Positions 28,462-38,034 of a stretch of DNA of 64,000 nt are shown one piece after another. Position numbers and translations under genes: made by a program. The DNA is from Fimbriimonadia bacterium. Lineage in GTDB: Bacteria > Armatimonadota > Fimbriimonadia > Fimbriimonadales > JABRVX01. The number at the start of each line of letters is the position of its first letter. The first letter of the stretch is position 1. A model generated the notes under the pieces. It made no database searches. It saw only the letters and a program-made list of their open reading frames with translations, and had not been told where the DNA came from. Location: the NCBI GenBank assembly GCA_041483895.1, contig JBGPGO010000007.1:1-64000 (forward strand). Direction: 5' to 3'.

Positions 28462-28788
28462 TCAGATGGATCGCGCGAAGGAAGCTGTAACATCCGCCGA
28501 TAAGCGCCAGGAACTGGCCGATGCTTGGCGGACCATGCTCAGCAAGCCCACCAACGACAAGAAACGGGAGACGAAAAAGAAGGGCAATGGATGGTGTGTG
28601 AACATCGCGATGCCGGCGGCAGCGAAAACCAGTCCAAAAAAGATCGGTATGGTGATGAAGGCGCTATTATAATTCGGGGCTACGCCGTTGTGCGGGAAAA
28701 GGCTTACAGCAATGGCACCGGCAATATATAACATTCCCAACGCCATGACAGCATCTAGAGTTTTCCAAGGGTCTGGGCGCCATTTCAT
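28462..28788 (-). CDS. Small hypothetical membrane protein
   Basis: About 3 TM segments. Confidence 0.5.
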   Translation of the reverse strand: MKWRPDPWKTLDAVMALGMLYIAGAIAVSLFPHNGVAPNYNSAFITIPIFFGLVFAAAGIAMFTHHPLPFFFVSRFLSLVGLLSMVRQASASSWRLSADVTASFARSI

Positions 28789-28858
28789 TCGGTTAACATA
28801 CCAGACTTTTCGCCGACGGGTCTTCACTGGCACGAGCTCTGCGGGACTCGTCCTTGTG

Positions 28859-29179
28859 ATGAACGTTAAGTATCGCCCGTTGCCGCATTCTCTGTTGCTC
28901 CTTGCCATCGGTCTCATCGATCTGGTCACCACAATTCTGCTGGTAGAAACCGGGCTATGCCGCGAGCTGAACCCCCTCATGGCGCCGTTGCTGAATCAAC
29001 ACTGGCTCGTATTTGCGCTGGTCAAGAGTCTAACCCTGGTCGTGGCATTCGCGGCAGGCGAATGGTATCGGAAGCGGGACGAGCGGTTCGTGAAGCTGGC
29101 CATGAGCGCCGGCGCGATCACCTACCTGGTCGTCTGGGTGTTCTGGTTCGTCAGCGGCTGGAATCCTATGGGCGTTTAG
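28859..29179 (+). CDS. DUF5658-like small membrane protein
   Basis: DLVTT.....G...ELNPLM...L. Confidence 0.75.
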   Translation: MNVKYRPLPHSLLLLAIGLIDLVTTILLVETGLCRELNPLMAPLLNQHWLVFALVKSLTLVVAFAAGEWYRKRDERFVKLAMSAGAITYLVVWVFWFVSGWNPMGV

Positions 29180-29628
29180 GACAGGAAAACCCGGACCACT
29201 CCAAACAGCACCGTTGCCACCGCGACTCCAATAAAAGCGTTTTGCACCCAGTACAATCGGCCAACAATCCGCCGCCCCGTGATGACCGAGTAGCCGCTTG
29301 CCACCCCAAGAATACCAATGTAAAGAAACAGCAGGGGCCCAATCGCGTGCGCGCGAAACGCCGTACACGGCTGCAAATGCGCCATCGCCGAGAAGCTGGT
29401 TGTGAGGCCGCAGGTGGGGCATGGTTTGTGGAACGCCGCATAAAATCCGCACGGCGGCAACCCGAGCTGCAAGTGCGTACCATGCAGCTGCGGCGACGGA
29501 TGCAGGTAGAGCGCCACTCCGATCAGCAGCAGCCATAATGAGAAGAGAATCGTTTCCGTCTTCAGTTCCCTTCTCGGAACGGCGACGGTCCAAAACGGCC
29601 TCATTCGATAGCCTGATATCGAGCTCAC
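29176..29628 (-). CDS. DUF2752-family membrane protein
   Basis: LGLPPCGF....KPCPTCGLTTSF. Confidence 0.85.
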   Translation of the reverse strand: MSSISGYRMRPFWTVAVPRRELKTETILFSLWLLLIGVALYLHPSPQLHGTHLQLGLPPCGFYAAFHKPCPTCGLTTSFSAMAHLQPCTAFRAHAIGPLLFLYIGILGVASGYSVITGRRIVGRLYWVQNAFIGVAVATVLFGVVRVFLS

Positions 29629-29700
29629 GAGTACAGTTTATCACGTCATGCGTCCTCGCTGGGCAGGACGAGCCACATTGAGGTACGAATAGAGGAGCAA

Positions 29701-31599
29701 GTGAGCGCATTCATTCTTCTGGCGGCAATCCTGTCCATGGCAAATAGCAATATCCAAGCGCCGGACCTCGGCGAGATCCAGCGCGTTTCCGACCAAGGCC
29801 CGTTTCATCCCACCTGGGCGTCCCTTTCGGCCCTGAAAGTTCCCGACTGGTACCTGGACGGAAAATTTGGGATCTTCATCCACTGGGGCGTCTATTCCGT
29901 GCCGGCGTATGGCAGCGAGTGGTATCCGAGGCAGATGTATCAACAGGGCTCGGCGGAATTCAAACACCATGTGTCGACCTATGGTTCGCAAAAGTTGTTC
30001 GGATATAGGGATTTTATTCCGCAATTCAAGGCCGAGCGCTTCGATCCGGATGCTTGGGCGGCGTTGTTCAAGGAGGCTGGGGCGAAATTTGTCGTGCCGG
30101 TTGCCGAGCACCACGACGGCTTTGCCATGTATGATTGCTCCCTGTCTGACTGGTGCGCCGCAAAGATGGGGCCCAAGCGCGACATCATCGGCGATTTGGC
30201 AAAAGCGTTGCGCAAACAAAAGTTGGTGTTGGGTCTCTCGAGTCATCGGGCCGAGCACTGGTGGTTTTTCAATGGCGGCCGCGCGTTTGACAGCGATGTG
30301 GCCGATCCCAAGAACGCCGGCCTCTATGGACCCGCGCGACCGGAGAACGAACCACCAAGCCAAGAGTTCTTGGATGATTGGCTGCGTCGCACATGCGAGC
30401 TAGTCGATAAGTACAAACCGCAACTGGTTTGGTTTGATTGGTGGATCGAGCAGCCGGCATTCAAGCCCTATCTGCAGAAATTCGCCGCCTACTACTATAA
30501 CAGTGTGAAAGGCGCGGCGATCAACTACAAGAATGCTGCTTTCCCTCGCAAGGCTGCCGTCTTGGATCTGGAGCGCGGGCAGCTCGCCGGCACAAGTCCC
30601 ACCTATTGGCAGACAGATACTTCGATATCCAATAATTCGTGGGGATATGTCGTTCCGCAGCATTATAAATCCGCCGAATCGATTGTCGGCGATTTGGTGG
30701 ATATTGTCAGCAAAAACGGCGCGCTTCTTCTAAATATCGGTCCGAAGCCGGACGGAACGATCCCGGATGAAGAGCAGCAGATCCTCCGCGACGTGGGAAA
30801 GTGGTTGCGGGTGAACGGCGAGGCCATCTATGGAACCCGGCCCTTTCTAGTTTTCGGTGAGGGGCCAACCAAAGTGGGCGGCGGAATGTTCACGGACACA
30901 AACCGAGCAGCATTTACCGGTGAGGATTTCCGGTTCACCGTCAAAAAGAACACACTGTATGCGATCTGCTTGGCTTGGCCGGGCAAGGTCGCCCACGTCC
31001 GATCGTTGGCGGACAAAAATCTGCGGTTCGGCGGCACGGTCACGAAAGTGGAGCTGCTGGGACACAAGGAGGGCCTTCGATGGTCGAACGGACCGGGCGG
31101 GCTGACGATTGAAGTTCCGGACGAGAAACCATGTGACTATGCGTTCGTGTTTCGGATTTCGGGACTGAAAAACATTCAATTCGGCGGTCCAATCCGTGCG
31201 GATTCCTCCGGACAGTTCATTCTGCCGGCTGCATTGGCGGAGCTTCACGGCGCAAAATTGCAAATCGAGTCGCAAGGCGGCCGGCAGGACATTGGATTTT
31301 GGGATGATCCTTCTGAATGGGTCAGTTGGCAAGTGGAGGAGATCAAGAACGGTGAGTATGACGTTGAGTTGGATGTAGCGGCCGCGGCGGGGGATTCGGT
31401 GGCTGTGGTCGGAATCGGCGATGAGAAGCAGACCGTTGCCATACCCAAAACCGCTGCCTGGTCAGAGTTCCGCACGATCCATTGCGAACCAATAACGGTC
31501 GACAAAAGCGGCGCGGCTACAATAACCGTCCATGCATCTTCAGCTGGCGACTGGCACGCGATCAATTTGGCCGAGATCCGTTTGATTCCGCGAAAATGA
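29701..31599 (+). CDS. Alpha-L-fucosidase (GH29) with a C-terminal CBM6/35-like module
   Basis: KFGIFIHWGVYSVP, EHHDGF, VWFD, DIVSKNGALLLNIGP. Confidence 0.94.
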   Translation: MSAFILLAAILSMANSNIQAPDLGEIQRVSDQGPFHPTWASLSALKVPDWYLDGKFGIFIHWGVYSVPAYGSEWYPRQMYQQGSAEFKHHVSTYGSQKLFGYRDFIPQFKAERFDPDAWAALFKEAGAKFVVPVAEHHDGFAMYDCSLSDWCAAKMGPKRDIIGDLAKALRKQKLVLGLSSHRAEHWWFFNGGRAFDSDVADPKNAGLYGPARPENEPPSQEFLDDWLRRTCELVDKYKPQLVWFDWWIEQPAFKPYLQKFAAYYYNSVKGAAINYKNAAFPRKAAVLDLERGQLAGTSPTYWQTDTSISNNSWGYVVPQHYKSAESIVGDLVDIVSKNGALLLNIGPKPDGTIPDEEQQILRDVGKWLRVNGEAIYGTRPFLVFGEGPTKVGGGMFTDTNRAAFTGEDFRFTVKKNTLYAICLAWPGKVAHVRSLADKNLRFGGTVTKVELLGHKEGLRWSNGPGGLTIEVPDEKPCDYAFVFRISGLKNIQFGGPIRADSSGQFILPAALAELHGAKLQIESQGGRQDIGFWDDPSEWVSWQVEEIKNGEYDVELDVAAAAGDSVAVVGIGDEKQTVAIPKTAAWSEFRTIHCEPITVDKSGAATITVHASSAGDWHAINLAEIRLIPRK

Positions 31600-32861
31600 C
31601 GCAAAAACCGATTCACGAACGATTGCCGCTGCGAACAGCAATGAGTTTTCGTAAGCCGATGCCAAATCCCATCGTGATCGCGCTGGGACGTATGGTGTTA
31701 CCATTGCTATTGCGATGGAAAGAGGGAATTGTCGGCGTAGAGTATCTCCCGGACGAGTTGCGCCGAATTAAGAACCTGGCGCCGGAACGCATTGTGCTGA
31801 CTCCCAATCATCCTACGCACGCGGAGCCGCTTGTGCTGTTCCACCTATCCAAGACCATTCGCTTCCCCTTCGCCTACATATCAAATCGGGAGGCGTTTGA
31901 TCGCTGTGGCGGCCTCTTTGGATGGCTATTGCAGCGAATCGGTGTGTACTCAGTGATACGTGGCATGCCGGACCGAGACTCTTTTCGCATGACCAGAAAA
32001 CTGTTAGTCGATGGTCCCAACAAGTTAGTGGTATTTCCGGAAGGGGAAGATTACAGTCAGAACGATACACTTCTTCCCTTCCAATCCGGCCTGTTCCAAC
32101 TACTGTTCTATGCGTGCGACGATATGACTTTCAATCACGCCCTGTATGTCCAACCCGTTGCGGTCAAGTATCATTACGTGGACGCAGCGAGGCGAGAGAT
32201 TGACAAGTCAATGACCAGATTGGAGCGTGCTCTGCAGTTGCGTGGCGAGCCACCCCCTGACACGTACGATCGCTTGCGCCGCATTGGCGAATCGGTAGTG
32301 ACAACCGCGGAAACAATGTATGGATTGGAACACGGAACCTTAGACGATATGAATCCACGCATCGACGCGATCAAGGAGGCGATGATTGTGCGAGTCGCCG
32401 ATGCGGTTGGCCTCGATCGATCGTCGTTGGGCCGCACGTTGCCCGATCGAATGCGCACACTGATCAACACGGTCCATAGCGTCACAAAGGTCCAGGCGGA
32501 GCCAGAATCGATCTATCAGGTCCGATTGTTGCTGCAAGAGCGCGACCGCATTCGACCGCTGTTGCATGATCTCAATCGTCTGTCGAACTGGATCGCGGTG
32601 AAGGATGAATATGTGCGCGTGAAGCCGACGACGGAACGGATGATGGATACGCTTTCCAGGCTGGAGATCGAGGTTTTGGGCAAGGTGCGAATTGGCGCCA
32701 AGAAACGATGTTTTGTGCGATTTGCTGATCCATTTGACTTGCGCGACTATGCCGAATCATACGCCAACGATAGGCGATCCGCGGTTCGGGACGTCACGAT
32801 GCGAACGGAACAAGCGGTTCAGGCGCTCTTGGATGAAATGAACGAGACTTTCTCCAGGTAG
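31596..32861 (+). CDS. 1-acyl-sn-glycerol-3-phosphate acyltransferase family protein
   Basis: PNHPTHAE, GVYSVIRG, VFPEG. Confidence 0.88.
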   Translation: MTQKPIHERLPLRTAMSFRKPMPNPIVIALGRMVLPLLLRWKEGIVGVEYLPDELRRIKNLAPERIVLTPNHPTHAEPLVLFHLSKTIRFPFAYISNREAFDRCGGLFGWLLQRIGVYSVIRGMPDRDSFRMTRKLLVDGPNKLVVFPEGEDYSQNDTLLPFQSGLFQLLFYACDDMTFNHALYVQPVAVKYHYVDAARREIDKSMTRLERALQLRGEPPPDTYDRLRRIGESVVTTAETMYGLEHGTLDDMNPRIDAIKEAMIVRVADAVGLDRSSLGRTLPDRMRTLINTVHSVTKVQAEPESIYQVRLLLQERDRIRPLLHDLNRLSNWIAVKDEYVRVKPTTERMMDTLSRLEIEVLGKVRIGAKKRCFVRFADPFDLRDYAESYANDRRSAVRDVTMRTEQAVQALLDEMNETFSR

Positions 32862-33721
32862 TCGATTGTCGATGATAAGATATCACGCTGGCGATGAAGA
32901 TCAGCGAGAGCATGATCGGATACTCGCCGCGCCAGGTTGCGCCTTTCTTCGGAAGGTGAAGACTGACACGAAGCGGTCTTTTGGTAGATGCACCAATCCG
33001 CTGTAGTTGCGGCGATAACGGATCGCTCCGGCCCTTGGATCAGTTGCATTCCCGACACTTCGAGAAGCTCCTTATACAAAAAACCGTAGTAGGCAGACTC
33101 CGGTCGATGGAAGGGGCCAGGATTGTATAGGTCCACTGCCAGGTATAGTTGTCCGCCGGTTTCAAGATGGCATGATAGATCGACTAGCAGTCCCGGCAGA
33201 TCTTCGACATGTTCGGCGACATCATAGCAACTAATAGCATCAAATCGCTCTTCCGGCAAGGATCTCGCATCAACGATTCGTATCTTTTGGCCGCGAGTAT
33301 GATATCTCCAGGCAGCGAAATCGGTCTGAATTCCGGGCACGTCGGCATGTGTCACTTCGAAACCTACCAACGCATGTGCAAGGCAATCTCGCCCAATTCC
33401 TGCGCCGACATCCAAATACCGAACACCTCGTAAGTTCTTCGCGTTTTGCAGGGCGACGGCCGTGCGCGCTGTTAGATGGCGGACGCGAGCATTGCCTGCC
33501 AAGAGAGCGAATAGAAACTCCTCGGAATCTTCGTAGAGTTCAGAGTTGTGGATGTCCGGGGGAGTGGCTTGTGCCGTTTCGCATCGGGTGACGACATCCT
33601 CAACCGGTTCGCCCTTGTAGTCTGCGTACTCGGTCAGAATATCCAGATAGGGATCGTCCACCTTGTAACGGGTCAACTTTCGAACCCATTCAAATTCATT
33701 TTGCGCCGGCTCCATGCACAC
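32819..33721 (-). CDS. Class I SAM-dependent methyltransferase
   Basis: YLDVGAGIG, FDAISCYDVAEHV, LETGG. Confidence 0.85.
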   Translation of the reverse strand: MCMEPAQNEFEWVRKLTRYKVDDPYLDILTEYADYKGEPVEDVVTRCETAQATPPDIHNSELYEDSEEFLFALLAGNARVRHLTARTAVALQNAKNLRGVRYLDVGAGIGRDCLAHALVGFEVTHADVPGIQTDFAAWRYHTRGQKIRIVDARSLPEERFDAISCYDVAEHVEDLPGLLVDLSCHLETGGQLYLAVDLYNPGPFHRPESAYYGFLYKELLEVSGMQLIQGPERSVIAATTADWCIYQKTASCQSSPSEERRNLARRVSDHALADLHRQRDILSSTIDYLEKVSFISSKSA

Positions 33722-34065
33722 CTCCGATTCAATTATCGGCTTAACCTCGTCTAGTTACCTGGCGTCGCACACGATAGATGCGGAAGGTAGTAGATCCCAG
33801 GGGTCGGGTAGAAATGCCGGCAAATTGGTAGTCTGTGCGTGTTGACGGTTCCAGCTCGCTGGGACAGGATGGATATGGAGGTTGTCGCGCGATCTAATCG
33901 CTGTAATGCCTGCTTCGATTTATGTCCCCATCGAGTGCGCAGATCGACCGGCTGCGAGCGGTCCCACCGTCCGCCAACCGGCAGAGGTCCTTGTTGGGCG
34001 CCCCGGCTCAACTGACGTGTACCGGGCCAACGGACCTAGCTGGCCGGCGGGCTTGTCCCGACAAG

Positions 34066-34094
34066 TTGACGATCCTGGGGGCCAAGGGTATAAT
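34066..34094 (+). promoter_or_regulatory. Sigma70 promoter of tRNA-Asn
   Basis: TTGACG-17 bp-TATAAT. Confidence 0.85.
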
Positions 34095-34106
34095 TCGCCG
34101 CACCGT

Positions 34107-34182
34107 TCCTCGGTAGCTCAGTTGGTAGAGCAGCTGACTGTTAATCAGCGGGTCGTAGGTTCGAGTCCTACCCGAGGAGCCA
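34107..34182 (+). tRNA. tRNA-Asn (GUU); island attachment site
   Basis: TCCTCGG/CCGAGGA acceptor stem, GCTGA-CTGTTAA-TCAGC anticodon arm, T-loop, CCA. Confidence 0.97.
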
Positions 34183-34240
34183 AGTTTCCAAGTACGAAGC
34201 CGATCGTTCCTCTGCGCATTTTGTGCTTTCCCACTTACCT

Positions 34241-34263
34241 TTGACACCTTTTTTGACACGCTT
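34241..34263 (+). promoter_or_regulatory. Putative integrase arm-type site pair (TGACAC-N6-TGACAC)
   Basis: TTGACACCTTTTTTGACACGCTT; the same doublet recurs at 35866, 61446 and 61680. Confidence 0.7.
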
Positions 34264-34450
34264 TGGGCGCGGGGGTTTTCCGAGTTTTCCGAGGCTTCTT
34301 AACGTGCGCGCGAGGCGGAATCGGTTGGTTTGGACCGGAGTGTTCGTTCCTTACATGACTCGCCTCGATCTTCCAGACAGTCGTCGCCGGTCAGGACGCA
34401 ATCTAGGAACTTTTCACGCAATCATGTCTGCCTAGGAGGTGGCGCAAATC

Positions 34451-35638
34451 ATGGCGAAGAGACGATCCAATGGCGAAGGAACAATTACGCAAAGGAAGTG
34501 CGACGGCCGATGGGAGGCTCGGCTGTTCCTCGGCTACATAGGCGGCAAACGAAAGTGGAAGTTCCTGCACGCCGCGACAAAGGAAGTGGCGGTGAAGAAG
34601 CTGCGCGAGGCGCAGGTCCAGCACGCTCGCGGCGTCAACGTCGCACCGGAAAGGCAGACGCTAGAGCAGTTCCTCTGGCGCTGGCACGAAGAGGTCGTGA
34701 AACTCCGAAACCGACCGAAGACAATTCTCTCTTACGAGCAACTGATCCGCGTCCACCTCGTGCCCTCACTCGGACGCTTCACTCTCCAGAAGCTAAGTCC
34801 ACAAGATGTTCAGATGTTCCTCAACGAACGGTATCGCTCCGGCCTCTCGCCCCGGACCGTTCAGTATCTGCGTGGCGTGCTCCGTTGCGCCCTGAACGAT
34901 GCTCTTCGTTGGGACCTCGTGCATCGAAACGTGGCAACACTTGCCCAACCGCCAAAGGGCCAACGCAAAGAGATGACGGCGCTTGGACCCGAGGAGGTGA
35001 AGCGCTTCCTCATTGCCGCCGAGGGCCACCGGCTGGAGGGCTTCTTCGCGCTCCTCATGGCGACCGGCATACGACTCGGCGAAGCGCTGGGCCTCAAGTG
35101 GGAGGACGTCGATTTCGACAAGGCGACGTTGACGGTGAGAAAGCAACTCCAGCGCCTGAAGGGTTCCGTATCGCTTATCGATCCAAAGACGGACCGCGCC
35201 CTGCGCACCATCCCGATCGCGCCGTTCGCGATCGAAGCTCTTCGCGGGCATCGCTCTCGCCAACTCGAAGAGCGATTGAGGAATGCGGGCAAGTGGGAAG
35301 ATCAAGGGTTCGTCTTCTGCACTCAGGTCGGCACTCCGGCGGATGAGCGGAAGATACGAAACGGCTTGCGGGAGATTCTCAATTCGGCGGGCCTTCCCAA
35401 GATGCGCGTCCACGACCTTCGCCACACCTGCGCGACCCTGCTCCTCTCGCGCAACGTCAACCCTCGCGTCGTGCAAGAGGTCCTTGGCCACTCGAACATT
35501 AGCCTGACGCTCGGCACGTATAGCCACGTACTGCCGACGCTCGCCAGGGAAGCGGCGGACCAGATGCAGGCGGCCGTTGCAGGCTCGCCGCGCCCCACGG
35601 CCTTGCGACCATCCGGCTCATTTCTAGCCCGGCCATAG
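34451..35638 (+). CDS. int: Tyrosine integrase (phage/ICE type)
   Basis: KRRSNGEGTI N-terminus; TGIRLGE, HDLRH, LGHS, TYSH catalytic residues intact. Confidence 0.96.
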   Translation: MAKRRSNGEGTITQRKCDGRWEARLFLGYIGGKRKWKFLHAATKEVAVKKLREAQVQHARGVNVAPERQTLEQFLWRWHEEVVKLRNRPKTILSYEQLIRVHLVPSLGRFTLQKLSPQDVQMFLNERYRSGLSPRTVQYLRGVLRCALNDALRWDLVHRNVATLAQPPKGQRKEMTALGPEEVKRFLIAAEGHRLEGFFALLMATGIRLGEALGLKWEDVDFDKATLTVRKQLQRLKGSVSLIDPKTDRALRTIPIAPFAIEALRGHRSRQLEERLRNAGKWEDQGFVFCTQVGTPADERKIRNGLREILNSAGLPKMRVHDLRHTCATLLLSRNVNPRVVQEVLGHSNISLTLGTYSHVLPTLAREAADQMQAAVAGSPRPTALRPSGSFLARP

Positions 35639-35908
35639 AACAATCAAGTGATAATTGCGGACGCATGCCCATGGAGTCGCACAATCTCTGCCGAATTACT
35701 TTCAAGACGCTCGCTCCTAATGGCTGGACGGGTAATAGTGCTTCAGGTTCAAGTTTTGTAGAATCGTCTGCCAAAATCCGCCAAACGGCGCCACCTGCCC
35801 CCATGTCCGAGTCAGCGGGTAACTCGGTAGGTTTTGAGTACCAATAGCGCCGGTTTGAGCGCGAGTGACACGCAAGTTGACACTCATCGTAGACCGTGCG
35901 AATCCAAA

Positions 35909-36319
35909 TCACATGTTGCCGTCGGTCATGGAGAACATCTGTCCTCCGGCGTTGTAGCTGTAGGCGCGAGTGTTGCCAATCTGGTCCTTCTCCGTGGCCT
36001 TCCTGTTCATGGAATCGTAGGTGAACGTCATATAGTGGCCGCGCGGATCCCGCACCGTGGTCAAATTGCCCACGTCGTCGTAATAGAGGGTCGTGATCTG
36101 GCTGGCCGCGTCCACCGTGTAGCTGACGCGGTTGAAATTGACATCGTACACCCGCTCCGTCACGTTCCCCATGGCATCGCGAGTGTACCGGAGATTGCTG
36201 GAGTTGTCGTAGGCAAACGTCGTGTTCTTGCCGAGCTGATCGGTGAGCGTGGTCAGCCGCCCCATACTGTCGTATTGCCGGCCGACTGTGTTGCCCAGCG
36301 GGTCTGTCGTGGTCAGCAA
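35909..36319 (-). pseudogene. Orphan RHS/YD-repeat fragment
   Basis: Tandem YD repeats (YDSMGRLT, YDNSSN, YDDVGNLT, YDSMNR), truncated at both ends. Confidence 0.85.
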
Positions 36320-36373
36320 ACGCTACTCTTCATCACGAGGAAATGGGCCGAGGTGATAAACTGTCAATTAGCT

Positions 36374-36823
36374 TCATCTTTCCCTTTTGAGGAATAAGAT
36401 ACTCCACAGACAATAGCCGAAAAGTACAAAGGCAGGTATCCCAAGGAGAGCCACTACAGATGTGTCTCTCGAGGGGGTCTCCGAGAATGCAGTCAATTGC
36501 ATCGCGTACAAAATCTCAATTATGGCTACTGGGAAGCACAGGACAAAAGCAGTAATGGGTCCCCAAGCCCGCTCTCGTTGAATTCCGATTCCTGCTATCA
36601 TGAGGCCGACGCCCCAGCTCGATAATAATAGTCCGTTTGCGAGGCCGAATCCGGAAGAAAGCCCAAAGATGGGATTAACACCTGTTGCGAGTGCAGTCCA
36701 AATCATCAGAATGTTCCAACTGACACCGATCAGCATGGCTAATAGTCCAAAGATAGTCGAGTGCCTAGAGAAATCGATTTGCTTTGACAACGGCTCCCCT
36801 TTAGGTCGTGAAGACGACCCCAC
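36374..36823 (-). CDS. Small 4-TM protein, putative RHS immunity protein
   Basis: Lies directly downstream of, and overlaps, the RHS toxin; function inferred from position. Confidence 0.6.
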   Translation of the reverse strand: MGSSSRPKGEPLSKQIDFSRHSTIFGLLAMLIGVSWNILMIWTALATGVNPIFGLSSGFGLANGLLLSSWGVGLMIAGIGIQRERAWGPITAFVLCFPVAIIEILYAMQLTAFSETPSRDTSVVALLGIPAFVLFGYCLWSILFLKRER

Positions 36824-37877
36824 CGAGACATTGATTCTTGAGATCTAGGTCATTGCACATATATGCTGCGGTGCAAATTGCTGCCCGCACACACCGTGCC
36901 GGATCTGGAGTTGAAAGCAAGGAGCATCCCTCATCGATGCAGCTCTTTGCGGCGGCGCACAGTTGCTCATCACACTGAAAAATCCCAAAACTCGAGAACA
37001 GCCCCAAAAATCCACCGACGTCACTATAGCATTGATCGTGGGCCCAGCAGGCCGCATCAATGCAATCTATCGGCTCGCCATATCCTGGATTATTGCCGCC
37101 ACAATAGCGACCATAACGGAAGAAAACATCGCCGGGCCTCCAGAAAACTGGCCCCCAACCCCCTGGTGGTTCCGGTGAACCGGGCCCCCATGGATTGGTC
37201 CTCGGACGCGGTCGTCGTGGTGGTGGCGTGCCGCCACCGAAGATGGGAGGCAACGAAACCCAGATTGGGCTCGGTGCAACAGGGAATCCTGGCGCAAAAG
37301 GCGGTACAAACGGTCCAGATGGTTTGGGCGCCCAAGGTTTGCAGCGAGCGTAATAATTGGAGGCCCATGCATCGCATGCAATATCGCACAGCATTCTGGC
37401 GATGCCCTCGAGGGAGTTGCACCCCCAACAGAACGTCCAGAGCGCATCGTTCTCGCTCTTGCATGTGACTCCCATTGCGAACCATAACCCACTCGGATCA
37501 ATGCCAAATGTCGGTCTGTTATCGACGTACGCGTACAGGTTTTGGCCTCCGGAGTATCCGATCGGATCGGCGGTCTGGAATCTGGCGCGATCAGTAGAGT
37601 AGTAACGCCGGCGAAGGAACTTTAGGCCGGAAGTCGTGCCATCGTCGTAGTAACCATAGCGGCCGATGAACTTGAACGGCGTGTCGTATTGGGCAGGAAG
37701 GGTGTTCGATAGGATATTGCCCCAGGCATCGTACTTGACTTCGCCCCTCGCATTCCCGTCCGTGTCGTAGAGGCCGGTTGTGGAGCCGTCAGCATCGAAG
37801 GTGTAGTAGCTCGCGACGCCGTCCCGTTCTTCCATCAGAAGCTGTCCGTTTGCGTAAATATATTTAACTCCCGCCAT
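36801..37877 (-). CDS. RHS repeat-associated core plus C-terminal phospholipase A2-like toxin domain
   Basis: RRRYYSTDRARFQTADPIG...NLYAYVDNRPTFGIDPSGL; YGRYCG...DCIDAACWAHDQCY. Confidence 0.88.
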   Translation of the reverse strand: MAGVKYIYANGQLLMEERDGVASYYTFDADGSTTGLYDTDGNARGEVKYDAWGNILSNTLPAQYDTPFKFIGRYGYYDDGTTSGLKFLRRRYYSTDRARFQTADPIGYSGGQNLYAYVDNRPTFGIDPSGLWFAMGVTCKSENDALWTFCWGCNSLEGIARMLCDIACDAWASNYYARCKPWAPKPSGPFVPPFAPGFPVAPSPIWVSLPPIFGGGTPPPRRPRPRTNPWGPGSPEPPGGWGPVFWRPGDVFFRYGRYCGGNNPGYGEPIDCIDAACWAHDQCYSDVGGFLGLFSSFGIFQCDEQLCAAAKSCIDEGCSLLSTPDPARCVRAAICTAAYMCNDLDLKNQCLGGVVFTT

Positions 37878-38030
37878 TATGCCTTCTCCTCCAGCAGGTC
37901 TTCCCCGTCCCAGATCATGGTTCGGATTGTTGTCCCCGGTTCCTGCTTCGTCCTTCGCTTTCCATCCCCGGCGTAAGTATGGCTGCTCCGGGTCCCGCCG
38001 ACATACAGGATCGACACTTGCCGGTCTGCA
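37877..38030 (-). pseudogene. RHS fragment upstream of the core, in a different frame
   Basis: HTYAGDGKRRTK....RTMIWDGEDLLEE; its 5' part is cut off by the next gene. Confidence 0.7.
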
Positions 38031-38034
38031 TGCC

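Noticed and set aside
34330..35527. Long alternative-frame ORFs over the integrase (and similar shadow ORFs throughout)
   Set aside because: These are expected in GC-rich coding DNA; the translations are Arg/Pro/Ala-rich and motif-free.
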